64,000 nucleotides of DNA from Tubulanus polymorphus (taxonomy: Eukaryota > Animalia > Nemertea), in NCBI RefSeq assembly GCF_964204645.1, contig NC_134026.1, positions 18,634,150 to 18,698,149 of the forward strand. The letters are read 5' to 3'. A program made the translations under genes and the position numbers. A model generated the notes under the pieces. That model was given only the letters and a program-made list of their open reading frames with translations. It ran no database searches and had not been told where the DNA came from. Of this stretch, positions 12,301-25,097 are shown piece after piece. The stretch's first letter is position 1, and every line of letters begins with the position of its first letter.

Positions 12301-14755
12301 TTCCTTGTCTAAATTTGATCAGAATGTCGAAAAGTTCATTTTGCAGTTTCGGTCCAGCATGGGCTTCATCATCCTAGGATCTATTGTGATTCTTTGCGGA
12401 TGCATCGAAGACTATTATAACTTTGGTCGTTTGACGCTGAATTCGGACCACGGGAAAGTGGGGTAGAAACCACTGAGGTTTGATTTGTTCTTCAGTTGGT
12501 ACCTCCCGCACATATCCCTTTTCTTTGTACTCTTCGATAGTGCACATAGTGCGTATACAATTGTTTTAATTCTGGGTCACTGTCTAACTTTTTCTTCAAA
12601 GTGTTCAGTCGTCTTTCCGCTAATTGTCTGTTTTCACCTAAATTCGGGGTTTCTTTCCATGGAACGCCTGTTTCGTATCTTTCGCCATCATATTTTATTG
12701 ACTTATTAAGTTGACTTAGGACTTTCCTGTTCTCTGGGGAAATCCCTGTAGCACTGCTGTCACTGATCTTCTCTATCTCCCAGAAACGCTTCAACGCTGC
12801 ATCTAGGTCGGTTATTCCTGCATAGCTGTGTGAATACATAGTATTTACTGCAATTGGTTTCATTCCTGTTTTGATTGCCGACTCAGTGTAGTTATCTGAT
12901 AGACACGTCCAACCACATGGGTACAATCGTGCAACAGGGTCTCGTGGCTTTTGTCCCGTTACCTCTTCTATACAGGTCATCAGTTCCATGAAATTCTTTC
13001 CTAGCAGTCCTTCGATGGTTGGGTTACTGCCAAGATCCGGAAACGGGATATCTCTCAAATGAGGCCAATTTTTTGCAAACTTTTCCAGTTAATAACTGGC
13101 ATCTCACCGCAAACTTGATCTATCACGAAGAAAGTGCCTGCGGTTAATTGGTTTCCGTTGACGTGGAATATTTCGGCATGTGTTTTCATCACTGTAGAGC
13201 GAATTTCGGTTCCGTCCATTACTTTTACATTTATTTTCTCATTTTTTCCCTTGAGTCTCAATTCCTGTGCGACCGTTATGTTTATGTAGCTAACATCACT
13301 ACATTCATCGATTAACATGATGACTTTTCTCGAATTTCCGTTATTCTTTATGAGTACTGGCACGGCCCTCATACCTATCAGTACGGTGTCCTTGTTTCTG
13401 ACGGAGCAGTAAGAATTCGGTGAATTTTGAAAGGTTTCTGTAGGTAATTCGGGTTCTGACTTCTGAATGATATCCTTGTGCAACGATTTATGGTGGCTTC
13501 TTGGACAGTCGTTAATACCACATCTCCTGTGCGTTTTACAGTCTATACCTCTATGATTCGATTTCAGGCATCGAAAACACAGTCCATTTCGCTTAGCGGC
13601 AGTCCACCTATCGTCAATGTTCATTTTTTTCCAATCTCGACAATTCTCTATGTCATGCTTGTTTGTGGATTTACAAATTCTACATGTCTGTACACCTGGA
13701 TCGCGATGTGTGACGAACGTCCTTCGTCCACCTGTGGTCACAGTCTGTCTATCGTAACTGTTTTCCTTGAGTCCTCTAACTGTCTCTCTGGCTCTAGCTT
13801 GTCGTTTAACCACATGGGTAAGCCATATAGATAGTCCCTCAAGGCCCTCTGTTTCGAGTTCATTCTCTAGATGTTCGTAGTATTTTATAAGAAGGCTTTC
13901 TGGAACTTTCTTACATACAAGACGGTACCACGCCCCGTTCTGTAAATCTTCGATCCTGTTGCTGGCGCGTAATTTTGCCACCGCTATATTCAAGGCTTCG
14001 GACAATTTTGAGAGTCCGTCGATATTTCCTCCCTTAACTGGTTCTAATCTTTCAACTTCATCTAAATAATTTTGTAATTGGCGACATTTTCCGCCGTATT
14101 TGTTGCTCAAAATGTTTTTGGCCGCTTCGTATTCTGTTTCAGTATAGCCTAGGCCCTTAATGGAATCTTTCGCTTTACCTCGGGGACTGTTTATGAGGCG
14201 GATCATTTTTCCCGCCGGACTTTCGTCACTCTTATCAACGACCTCTATAAACGCCATCCAGTAAGTATCGAATTCCGTCTTATCCCCACTAAATTCAGGG
14301 ACTCTAATGCTTTCAAGTCGTCCAGTGGTGACCTGTCGTGTACCTCTGGCCGTCGAATCTGGAGGCGGTCTGGTCGGTCTATTAGCTTCTCCATTATGTC
14401 CTCTTGTGCTCAGTCTTCCTCGAATTGTGGCCATTTCGGTCTCAAACTCGTCGGTCATTGTCTCTCCTTCTAGGAGTGTTTTGTCGGCCTCTTTCTGTCG
14501 ATTATTTTCTAAATACAAATTTTCTAATGAATCTATTATACTAGAGACATTCATATATGATTGTTCAACCAAGGCGATATGTTGAAGTATTTCGTCGGTT
14601 ATGACGTTTTCATCATTTACCAATACAAACAGCGCATTGCGCTGCATTGATAATTTACATTTTTCCGTCTTTTTTAATCTCCGTAACTCCTTTTCATGGT
14701 CAATGGAATGCGGAGTCTGCTCTATATCGTCGTTTTCCATGTTTGGAGTCGACAT
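9380..14755 (-). pseudogene. BEL/Pao gag-pol polyprotein, fragmented
   Basis: Gag with three Cys-His knuckles (13055-14755); RT pieces (MYLQI, MDD); Pao RNase H (HTFVDAS..AY, SIPELEL); integrase (GLDFAGP, SDNGSSF, PHFGGVFE). Confidence 0.92.
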
Positions 14756-15037
14756 CTTTTCTTTTTGATCTATGTATTCGATATTCTATATTTCTATTTC
14801 AATCATTCGGACATTCGAATATTTAATGACTGACCTGTTGTTGCGGAATACATGTATATCCATTTGTAACTGTGCTTCTTTTCCTATGAATCTGTTAATT
14901 CCGAATAATCCTCTTTTTCAGTTCTGTATTTCCGTTGACTCTATTCCGGTTCACCGATTTCGAATATAAATCAGCGTTTCTATTCTGATTTGCAGATTTC
15001 GAATATAAATCTGCGCGTATCTATTAATTTCTATCTT

Positions 15038-15055
15038 TCCCGGGTTTCGGCACCA
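15038..15055 (-). promoter_or_regulatory. Primer-binding site complementary to the tRNA-Phe 3' end
   Basis: Minus strand TGGTGCCGAAACCCGGGA, 3 nt inside the 5' LTR; matches the animal tRNA-Phe(GAA) 3' end ...TCCCGGGTTTCGGCA-CCA as recalled. Confidence 0.85.
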
Positions 15056-15058
15056 TTA

Positions 15059-15325
15059 TGATCTTACGATCCGATTGGTTCGTCTATTAATCTAATAACA
15101 CGACTATGCATTCTCAAGTATATATGGAATCTGCTTTATTTTAACTAAAAACTATATCTTATTTACCAGTGCGCATGCGTATGGGTAACATCCATATAGA
15201 GTATACGGTTCACTAACACTATCAAGGGTGACTGCAATTTAGTGTAAAGTTACAGGATGTGAACTGGTTTTGAACTGCTTTTTACTGTAATATGTTGTAT
15301 TGTTTTATTGTTTATCGTCACATCA
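15059..15325 (-). repeat. BEL/Pao 5' LTR (267 bp)
   Basis: Direct repeat of 8473-8731, adjacent to the PBS. Confidence 0.95.
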
Positions 15326-16139
15326 AACAAGAAAAGTAATGGTTTCATATATCGATCAACAATGGCAAGCTGATTTAATTGACATGAAGAACTTAGAAGA
15401 ATACAACAAAGGATATTTCTGGATACTGAATGTTATAGACATATTCAGTAGATACGCATGGTCAATTCCAATCAAAAATAAAACTGGAATAGAAGTGACA
15501 AATGCTTTTAAATCTATATTTAAAGAAGCTATTCCAGATAAGATACAATTTGATGAAGGTAAAGAATTTTATAACAAACATTTTAAAAAACTATTATCTG
15601 ATAACGATGTAGAGTATTTTTCAACACATTCAGATGAAAAAGCATCTATTATAGAAAGATTTAATAAAACATTGAAAACTAGAATGTGGAAATATTTAAC
15701 TGCTAATGAAACATATAAATATATCGATGTGTTAGATGATTTAGTGAAAGGTTATAATAATTCTAAACATAGTTCTATAAATATGAAACCTATACAAGCT
15801 AGAAAAGAAGATAATTCAGAAATAGTTTGGAATAATTTATATGGGGCGTTTGTTACACATGATTTCGGCGAACCTAGATTTAAAATAGGACAACATGTAA
15901 GAATATCTAAATATAGAAAAACATTTTATAAAGGTTATACTCCAAATTTTACTGAAGAAATATTTAAAATTAAAAAGATAATATTAACCAAATCATTTGT
16001 TCATAAATTAGAAGATCTAAAAGATGAAGAAATATTAGGTTATTTCTATGAACAAGAATTATCACTTGTACCAAACCCAGATGAAATAGAATACAAAATA
16101 GAAAAAGTATTAAAAACAAAAACTCTTAAAGGAAAAAAG

Positions 16140-16742
16140 ATTTATTTATATTTGAACCGCATAATATGTTAGTTACTGGAGTAACCAATTGTGGTAAAAC
16201 ACATTTCATATTAGATTTGTTAGAAACTATATATAAGAATCATTTTGATAATATAATATTATTCTGTGCTACTTATGAAATGAATGAAACATATAATAGA
16301 GATATAGTTAAGATGAAAAAGTTTATTATATTAAATCCTAAAACATTAAAAGAAAATTTAGATAATTGTATTAAAATAGCAATTGATACTTATAAAGGAT
16401 TAAATACATTATTTATCATAGATGATTGTGCAAATTTACATGATTCAAAAGTGAGAGAAAGTGAGTTATGTTATTTAGCTTTCCCTGGGAGACATTTTGG
16501 GATAACAACATGGGTTTTAAATCAAAAATATAATTCAATTGTTAAAGACTTTAGGGAGAATATAAGATTTCTAGTTTTATTTTATAAAAAAAGATAGAAA
16601 ATCTATGCAACAATCATTGGAAGAAAATCAAATTATACCTACTGAATTACATGATGAATATATGAATAAATTAAAGAATAATAAAGGTTCAAAATTATTA
16701 CTGAGGCTTCAATTTCCATATGAATATAAGTTTATAGAATAA
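16140..16742 (+). pseudogene. P1 A32/FtsK-like packaging ATPase (start deleted, frameshift near 16590)
   Basis: Walker A GVTNCGKT, Walker B LFIIDD, GRHFGI..LNQ; colinear with intact 48301-48912. Confidence 0.9.
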
Positions 16743-16769
16743 AATCCTAATTTGAAATATTATAGAAAC

Positions 16770-17113
16770 TAATTTATATATCTATGTACTAGACGTACTT
16801 AAGAATCCAAGATTCTTGCTAAGAAAGTAAGAATTCTTAGATTCTTACGTACGTCTAGTACATAGATATATAAATTATTAAATGAATTATATAAAAATGA
16901 ATAATTATGTTTTCTCTTAATAAAAATAAAAATAGATTATATTATAACTATTTCTATACTTAGATTAATAATTTTATGTTTTTAATTTTTATTAAAACTA
17001 TTATATATATCTATGTACTAGACGTACGAGTAAGAAAGTAAGATTTCTTGGATTCTTGGATTCTTACCAAGATTCTTACGTACGTCTAGTACATAGATAT
17101 ATAAATTAGTTTT
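16770..17113. repeat. Two tandem palindromic units between the convergent gene blocks of P1
   Basis: Arms TATATATCTATGTACTAGACGTAC and its reverse complement at 16770-16798/16849-16877 and 17004-17028/17079-17103. Loops consist of AAGAATC/GATTCTT repeats. Confidence 0.9.
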
Positions 17114-17121
17114 ATAATAAT

Positions 17122-18323
17122 TTATTCTAATTTTGTTTCTAATACATTTATAAAATCATCTCTGTTTATATCTAATTCATCTAAAGTATTAGGTATATTT
17201 ATTAATTTTAGTCGAGCCATCTTAACATAATAATTAGTAGGTATATTAGCTTTTTCTCTTAATTTTTCTAAGTATTCATCAAAATCATCATAATCAAAAT
17301 CAAAATGATTTCTGAAATTATTTATCAAATAACTTAAATCTATTTTTCTAAAATATAATAATTTATATATTTGTTCAGGATTATCTTCTGCATAAGCTAA
17401 TAATTTATCAAATAACAACTTATAGAATATATAATATTGGTTAGTTTTAGGATTAAAATATTTGATATATTTCTTTGGGTTATTTAACAATGGTATCATA
17501 CTCACCATTTTATAAACATTAACTAGATGTAATTTTGATTTATAATGAGTATTTTCATCAACAGGTTCAATTTTCTTATTACAATATTGACACGTTTTAT
17601 TTCTTTCTATTTCTTCTAATTTCTTTTCATATTCTTCTAACACCCTTTCATTTTCCATATGCGCTTGAGATTTTTTATGTTTAGAAAAATTACTTTTAGA
17701 AATATCTAAATCACAAATGTTACAATGTTTTTTAGAATCATCAATTATTTCATTATGTGTTATATCATTATCATTAGTTTCAATTGGGTTAACATTATTT
17801 ATTACATTATCTGTTATATTATCTATGGTATCATTTGTTTCAATTGTATTAACATTATCTTTTATATTACTAACTGATATATTATTATCATTATTATTCT
17901 TTTCTTTTTCTATATGTTTCTTTGATTTCTTATGTGATGCCCAATTTTTATATGATATATATTTCTTACATACATCACAATATTTTTGATTATAATCTTT
18001 TTTTGATTCAATATCATATGTAGAGGGTATATTATAAGATGTAGATGCTGTTACATCTTCTATTTTAGTTTCAATATTATTACTATCTTCTATTTTAGTT
18101 TCAATATTATCTTCTATTTTATATTCAATATCATTCTTATCTTCTATTTTAGGTTCAATATTATTTTCTTTTTTTGTTTCAATATTCTTATCTATTTTAC
18201 TTATTCTATATTTGAATTGATTAAAGTATTCTCCAAAATATTGTATTCATCATAAGGTAATATATAATATATATCTGATATCATTTCACTTGGAGTTTGT
18301 ATTTCATATATTCCACCTTCCAT
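17122..18323 (-). pseudogene. P1 variable-slot protein with IETKIED-like repeats and three matrin/U1-like C2H2 fingers; frameshifted
   Basis: Starts MEGG at 18323 like the P2 ORF 49308-50222. Fingers CDVC..H..SKKH, CNIC..H..SQAH and CQYC..H..SKLH. Confidence 0.65.
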
Positions 18324-18372
18324 TTAATATAAGATTTTTTATTAAAGTTAAAATTTTAATATTTCATAACAC

Positions 18373-19620
18373 TTAATACATAACACTATTTAATTGAGAA
18401 TTTACAATATTTTATTGCGCGTCAGATATAATATGAATCTGCATTTTAAAATTTAAGCTTCCTTTTTTCTTTTTCATGAATAATTGTATTCCATCTTTAG
18501 TGTTCTGTAATTTTTTCCCAGAACCATGTAATAAGTTATCCTCTGATGTTCTAAGATCTAACCATAATGCATATTTATTACCGGTATAATAATCAATTTG
18601 ATTAATATTACAATTTTCAGATGATTTTACTTTTTCATTCATAAAATGTTTTCTAATTTCTGGCCATTGATCTATCATTCTCATTCCTTGACAAAATATT
18701 TTATTTGCTATTCCTTCGATAGTTATATCTACTTTTGATATTTCAGGATTATAATAATTATCAACTTTTATTGCACCATTAGAATATGTTGCAATGGTAA
18801 AAAATATTAATATACCTTTAATAGATCTTCTTAGGAAGTTAATATTCTCATTAATAATTTCATCATTTGCATTAATAGTTACAGTTTTAAATTTATCAAC
18901 ATAATCATATAATAATGAAAATCCTTGATTGTATTGAGTTTGAATTATACTTGAAATATTTTCATCAGTTACTGTATCATATTCTAAACATATATTCGAT
19001 AATTTATAACCCATATCTTTAACAACGCTAGATAATACAATTTCATTTACAAGAGCAAATGTTATTTCTAATATAACGTCTTCTTGAATTGCGTATTTAT
19101 ATAAAGGCGCATTATTATTTATCAATTCAAAGTCTAATGGAATTTTATATTTGCTTCCATAAATCTTTTTTATCAAATTATCTGCGGTACGAGTTACTAT
19201 TGCGTCATTAGCTCCTGATCTTAATTTATTTTGGTTTTCTGATTGGATTCCTTGAAATATCATATTATTTCTATTTTCTTTAGTTAACCATAAATCTTTA
19301 TAATGCATAAATAAATTATAATCATCTAATGAGAAAACTGTTTCTGGACCGATCTTTATAGTTAATTTTTTAATCAAATATCTTCCAACATTATCAACAA
19401 CATAATTATTATTATTACCGGTTACTTTTATATCAGCTGATAAATAAATACTATTTGGAACATAAAAAGTATTTTGTGTTAATCGAGGAATTCTAACATA
19501 TAAAGTTTCATCGGGATTAATATTTGAAGGGTTATGAGTAATTATATGATGTTATCTTTCTGTTTTAATAGCATTAGATATTCTAGAAATCTTAGAAGGA
19601 CTTATATAACTCCCACTCAT
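18373..19620 (-). pseudogene. P1 putative major capsid protein (double jelly-roll), frameshifted at both ends
   Basis: Near-identical to intact ORF 50255-51505. Capsid assignment is by size, beta-rich pattern and context. Confidence 0.75.
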
Positions 19621-19670
19621 TTATTTAACAAAAAAATTAATTATTTATTTTTGATTATGTTTATTTTTTA

Positions 19671-21110
19671 TTATTTTTTCTTGATATTTTTTGATATCAT
19701 ATTCACTAACCCAAAAATAATTGTACTTACAACTGTAATTAAAAATAAAATAATATGTTCAGCAGCAAAGTTAAGAATGTTTCCTGCAGATTTCAATATA
19801 AAACCAACAATTGATGCAATAATTCCTGGTAAAGCTGCAGCAGATTTTTTAGATAGTTCCCATAAATATTTTGCTAATTTCTTTAAACCATCTTTAACTT
19901 TATCTTGTATAGAATTATTACCTGGGGGTTTATCCGGTTTATTGGGAGTAGGAGTAGATTTCAGTGAATTTGATATAGCTAAACCTATTGTTGTGAATAC
20001 CATAGTTACAGCTGTTAGAATTGAAAGAATTGTTATTCCTTCAAACTTAAATAATAATTTTATTCTATCTTTCAATGATATGTCAGAATTTGGTTTTAGT
20101 ATTAACTCTTTAACAACAACTTTTAATCTATTAATACAATAATCATATGATTTTAATGATAATTTCATTTTTTCTTTCTGAAATTCTATGTTATATTCTA
20201 AATCATCAATTTCTTTTTCTAAATATGCATTTCTTTTTTTAAATTCAATTTCTTCAATAATTTTAAATTCTCTATCTAATTTTAATTGTTCTAATTCTTT
20301 TCTGGTGTCAAATAATTTATTTTCTAAAGGTTTAATTTTATGATATCTAATTTTTTTCGCACGCAATTTTATCGGCTTCATTTCGTATACTTAATATTTC
20401 TCTAATCGTTTTTTCAGAAAACATACTTAAAGCTTCTATTTCTTGATCTGTTGCATCAAGTAATCCATTTAGTAAAAGTTTTTCAGTTTGAACTCCTCTT
20501 GAATTAGGTTTTCCAGAAGGTGTTTCTGTTTCTAAATTATTTTGGATTGTTTCAAATAATTCATTCATTCTTTGTTATATACTCTTTTATTTTTATTTTA
20601 TTTTTGTGTTACATTTTCTATTTCATTATTAATACTTATTTTTTTAATTCTATCTGGTTCTAATTTTTCCAAAGTTGATTCTGCTAATATTTTGTTTTGA
20701 TATTTATAAGAGATATTAATATAATAATCTTCTTTCAAATTATAATCTTTATTCAAATGATAATAATATTCGCCATTTAAATATTTTAAATCTTGTACTA
20801 AAAGTCTAGCACCTCTATCATTTATATTATATCCAGAATCTTTAAATATCGGTTTCAATTTATAAATATTTTCATTATGATCTAGATTTTTCTTTAATAA
20901 ATCTGGATTTAAATTTTCAGAATTTATACTTGATCTAGTTCCTCTATCAAACTCATCTGTTGATGGGGCTTTGGAACCACTATCTGCTAGATTAGAATTA
21001 TATGCTGATTCATCATCATTATCAATATTAGTTTCATTAGAATCAGGTTGTGGTTCATCACTTATACTGGGGGTGCCACCAAAAGTATCCATTGGAATAT
21101 CTTCTTCCAT
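19671..21110 (-). pseudogene. Acidic N-terminus, coiled-coil and C-terminal multi-TM protein, fragmented
   Basis: ORFs 20598-21110, 20347-20568 and 19671-20381 are colinear with 51526-53107. Confidence 0.7.
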
Positions 21111-21126
21111 TTATATAATAAAAAAA

Positions 21127-22432
21127 TTAAAATTTAAAATATAATATTCCTCCTATAACAATTCCTATACAAGTTAAAGCTAATTTAGCATTTTCATGGG
21201 ATTTATTATCATTATCAGTTTTAATTATTTCATGTTGAATATTATCAGTTTTAATATTTTCTGATGTATTGTAATCTTTTATTTTATCATTATTTAATTT
21301 AATATTCTTAGTTTTAGTTTCTGTTGATTGAATATGTTTTTTATTTTTTTCACCTTCCATTAATTTTGGAGCATTGATAATCTTTTTATTTATATCATTT
21401 AATCCAAATGAATTATTTATTGTTGCAGTTTTAATTAAATTATTATAACCAATTATATTTCCCATCTTACTATCCCATGATACTAAATCATTAGAAATAT
21501 TTAATAGATTAGGGCCTATACAATAATTAAGTCTTACATGAGATTTATCTAAATAATTTTGATATCTTACAATGTTTTCTGGAATCGATCTATTTTTATC
21601 ATTATAAATGGAATCTTCAAATAATACTTTGAATTGTTTCTGCGCATCAAATGAAGTACTTTCATTTCCAACTATTGGCGATCTTGTTTCAACTGGGCAC
21701 CTAAAATACATATCAAATAAGTTCTAATAGATTGATTTATTCTTTGTATACCTGATTTTTAAAACCTTCACCATTTTCTAAAATGAAATTAACCCAACCA
21801 TTATTATTATCAATTTTATAATTATGATATGCTCCAATTCTATGCATATAATCAATTCTTTTTATTTTATACTCTTCACCAATACCTTGCAATTTACCAT
21901 GCGCTCTAAAATCGGAATTAATATTTATATTAAATTCATTACATATTTTATAAAATTTAGATAGATTAATGTTATTATCCAATTCTTTAAAATATTTAGA
22001 TCCGGGTAAAGGACATTCTAATTCATTTAATATTATTCTGATTTGAAAATATGTGTGAAATCTAAATATTGTGTGAATTAATTTTAAATCAGAATACTTC
22101 AAATTTTTATCTAAGTTATTTAAATTATCATTCCAACTTATACCACAACCAGTTGTTGCACAATAAACAGCAAAATTTAATTGATTCTGCCAATATTTCA
22201 TATTAGATTTTACTTTATATATATGATATTCATCTCGAGTAAAAGTAACTTCATATGTATTAAATATATTTTCCATTTTAGAAATAAAAAACTGTGATTC
22301 AGTAACATAAATTTCTAAATTAGTTAATGAATTTAAAACTAAATTTTTATATGTAATATTTTTTTAAAAATCTATTGTAGGAATATTATATTTAATTGAT
22401 TTATTATATTGGAAAGCTTTTGGAAACCCCAT
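21127..22432 (-). pseudogene. Conserved Polinton protein (WQNQLNFAVYCATTGCG motif, C-terminal TM anchor), fragmented
   Basis: ORFs 21737-22276 and 21127-21711; ortholog 53130-54419. Confidence 0.75.
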
Positions 22433-22448
22433 TTATATAACTAAAAAA

Positions 22449-23923
22449 TTAATAATTTATTAATTCTTTTAATAATTTATCTTGTTCTTCAACTGTTATA
22501 TGGCCATTTAAACTTATTATATAATCTTGTGTATTCTTTAATTTATTAATTTCTTTTATATTAGTTTTAATTTTTTCTTTATTACTTTTTATATTTAATT
22601 TTGAACTTATACCGGTTAAAACACTTGAACTTAATCCTAACACACCAATTGATATAGCTCAAGGTGTTAATGGACTGAATATTGCTAGAAATGTTATTAC
22701 AGAACTAATTGTAACTGAACCACTAATAATAAAATATATAATTTTAGATTTTAAATATTTTTTCTGTTTTATCTTCAAGTCATTTTCAAATTCTAATATT
22801 TGTTTTTCTAAATATATTTTTAATTTAGTTTTATTTATATCATGAGGAATAATATCAATATTATCAACTTAATCATCCATTTATTTAGCAAAGAAATTAC
22901 TAATTAGTAAATTTATATGCTACAAATATAACAATAACTGTTCCACCTAAAATCCAAATTATTTCATATTTCTGTTGTTCTTTACTTGGAGTATAATAAT
23001 CTGATATTGTAGGTTTATGTAGATGTAATTTTTCTTTATTGGTTACCGCGTTATATAAACTCATTGCATCATCAACTGATTGGAAATCTCTATGTGATCA
23101 TCTGATCATATAATTCCTTGTTAATATAATCCATATAATTTTGTCTCTTTTCTCTATATTCTTCTGCAGTTTTATTGTATTTCTCTAATGCTAAGTTATG
23201 TCTTTTTTGTTCTGTTACTGAACCATTTTTATCAATATGTTTAGATAAATATCCACCACCAGTAAATGCTAAAGCGTTAACAATTGCCGATCCTATAATA
23301 GTTATAATTGCAGAAGGCATTTATTTAATGAAAAAATTACGCATTTATATGGGAGGAATATATTTTTGTTTTTACAAATAATCAATGGTTAAATTAGATA
23401 AAGTAACTGCTAACGTTAATTTTAAAATATCATTTATATCAAATCTATCAACATTAACACTTCCCATTTTAAATACTTTTTTAATACCATTGAATAACCA
23501 ACAGTTCCAACTGATAGTAATGCTCCATTATATAATCCAGTTATTATCCACTTATTATCACTCATTTATTTATAAAAAAAAATTACTATCTTCAAAATAT
23601 TTAGTTAACTTATTTATGATTAATTCAACATTTATTTCATTACTAGTTTCCTTTGTATATATTTCAATTATTATTTTTTTAAGATCATCGATGATAAAAT
23701 CTTCATCTAATTCATAAAATCTTTAAGATTCTCTAATTAAATTAGTAATCTTTTCTACATTTAAAGTTTCTTTATCTATTGTTGTTTCATACTCAAATGT
23801 TATTTCATTAGAAAATGCAATATTTTTAATATGTATAATTACATCAGTAATGTTAAATTTCATTTCTTTCTCACGTTTAAAATCAAACCCAAAACATATA
23901 CTCGGTCCAACAGTTATATTCAT
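22449..23923 (-). pseudogene. Cluster of four small genes, three of them hydrophobic (22449-22880, 22900-23320, 23345-23565, ~23590-23923), disrupted
   Basis: Colinear with P2 ORFs 54436-54870, 54890-55312, 55337-55558 and 55656-55916. Confidence 0.75.
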
Positions 23924-23942
23924 TTATATAGTGAAAAAATTA

Positions 23943-24697
23943 CTCTTTACATCTTATAACTAATTCATAAATTACAGGAAAGTTATTCAAATCAATTAAA
24001 TATCCATTATGATTTCTTATTTCTAATTTAAAATTATTAAATTGAGGAATACAAGGTTTAAAATCACATTCAGCTAAATTATAATTTATTTGCGTTCCAA
24101 ATTGTTTAACATTTTTTAATGATAAAATATTTAATATACTAAAATTACATGTTGTATCTTTAGTTGCTTCAAATGTTTTTGTAGGATCAATTAAATTGCA
24201 ATAAATATAAATGTATAAAAGGTATTATATTTGAAATGCCTTCTACGTTTACTGTAACAACATCTGGTGCAATTCCTAGCAATTTAGCTAATGGTTTTTT
24301 TTCCTATAAATGCATGTTGACTTTCATCAAATACCTTTATTTTAATTTTATTTGTGCTATCACGTTTTATAAATCTAATTAAAAATTTATCATCTTTTCT
24401 AATTTTCAACCGTGCTCTTCGATTAATTTCTTGAGATAATGTTTCTAAATTATATAATCCTGGTTTTAAAATTAGATGAAACCATTTATTTACATTTCTA
24501 ATATGAATTAAAAAAGTATTATGTTCAATAGTTTTATTCGATATATTGTAAAAAGAATTACATAAACTTATATTAACTAATTTTAAATCTACGCAATTTT
24601 TATATTCTCTATCTAATTGAACTAATAAATTATGTGATTTATAATTTGTAAGTTTTGTTGAATCAACAAATATTCTGTATTCTTTTAATTCCGCCAT
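23943..24697 (-). pseudogene. P1 putative minor capsid (penton) protein, frameshifted
   Basis: IFVDS..., NSFYNI, PGLYN and C-terminal IRNHNGYLIDLNN pattern typical of single jelly-roll minor capsids of Polinton-like viruses; ortholog 55936-56693. Confidence 0.7.
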
Positions 24698-24714
24698 TTA
24701 TTTTACATATTTTC

Positions 24715-25068
24715 TTATTCGAAATCTATTTCATGGTGCCCCTTTTCATTCTTACCTTTGTATACGAAATAGAAATCACCAGAACATTATTCTTCTAAAT
24801 TTTCACTTGATAATCTATGAAATCTATCTGGTAAATATGTTCTGAATTTATATGTATTTCCTTTTAATCCTTCATATTCTAAGTGTATAACTAATTTATC
24901 TCCATATTTGTTAGTAACTGTAACAATATCTGTAATTAGATATTTCTTATGGATTGTTAATTCTTATAACTTCTTAAATTTATAATCTACTGATTTGACA
25001 TTTGAAGTATCTTTTATTCTATCTAGAAATAATTTGTTGTTCTCACTGTTTGCTTGTTTACTCTCCAT
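24715..25068 (-). pseudogene. P1 small protein downstream of PolB (possible OB-fold ssDNA-binding protein); one stop
   Basis: Ortholog of intact 56711-57064. Confidence 0.6.
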
Positions 25069-25097
25069 TTTAATAACATATTTTTATTAAAATTTGA

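Larger units (their letters stand above)
8473..15325 (-). mobile_element. BEL/Pao LTR retrotransposon with both LTRs; gag-pol frameshifted
   Basis: Two TG...CA LTRs, 5-bp TSD AACAA (8468-8472 and 15326-15330), PBS and PPT, domain order gag-PR-RT-RH-IN. Confidence 0.95.
8279..16172 (+). pseudogene. P1 retroviral-type DDE integrase with C-terminal chromodomain, split by the BEL/Pao insertion
   Basis: 5' part 8279-8472 matches 47212 onward. 3' part from 15331 has WQADLIDM, FDEGKEF and IERFNKTLK. A short deletion near 16140 removes the chromodomain end and the ATPase start relative to P2. Confidence 0.9.

Noticed and set aside
15038-15055. tRNA-Phe gene
   Set aside because: Only the 18-nt 3' end including CCA is present, next to an LTR; it is a primer-binding site.
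15300-15330. ORF-track start MFYCLSSHQ as the real integrase N-terminus
   Set aside because: These codons are LTR sequence. The true 5' part of the integrase is at 8279-8472.
16770-17113. Repeat-spacer-repeat pattern as a CRISPR array
   Set aside because: The repeats alternate in orientation, the spacers are themselves repetitive, there are no cas genes, and the context is eukaryotic.
19534-20142. Plus-strand 202-aa ORF (and its counterpart 51536-51982) as a conserved gene
   Set aside because: Antisense shadow of the conserved minus-strand membrane-protein gene; the ends are not conserved.
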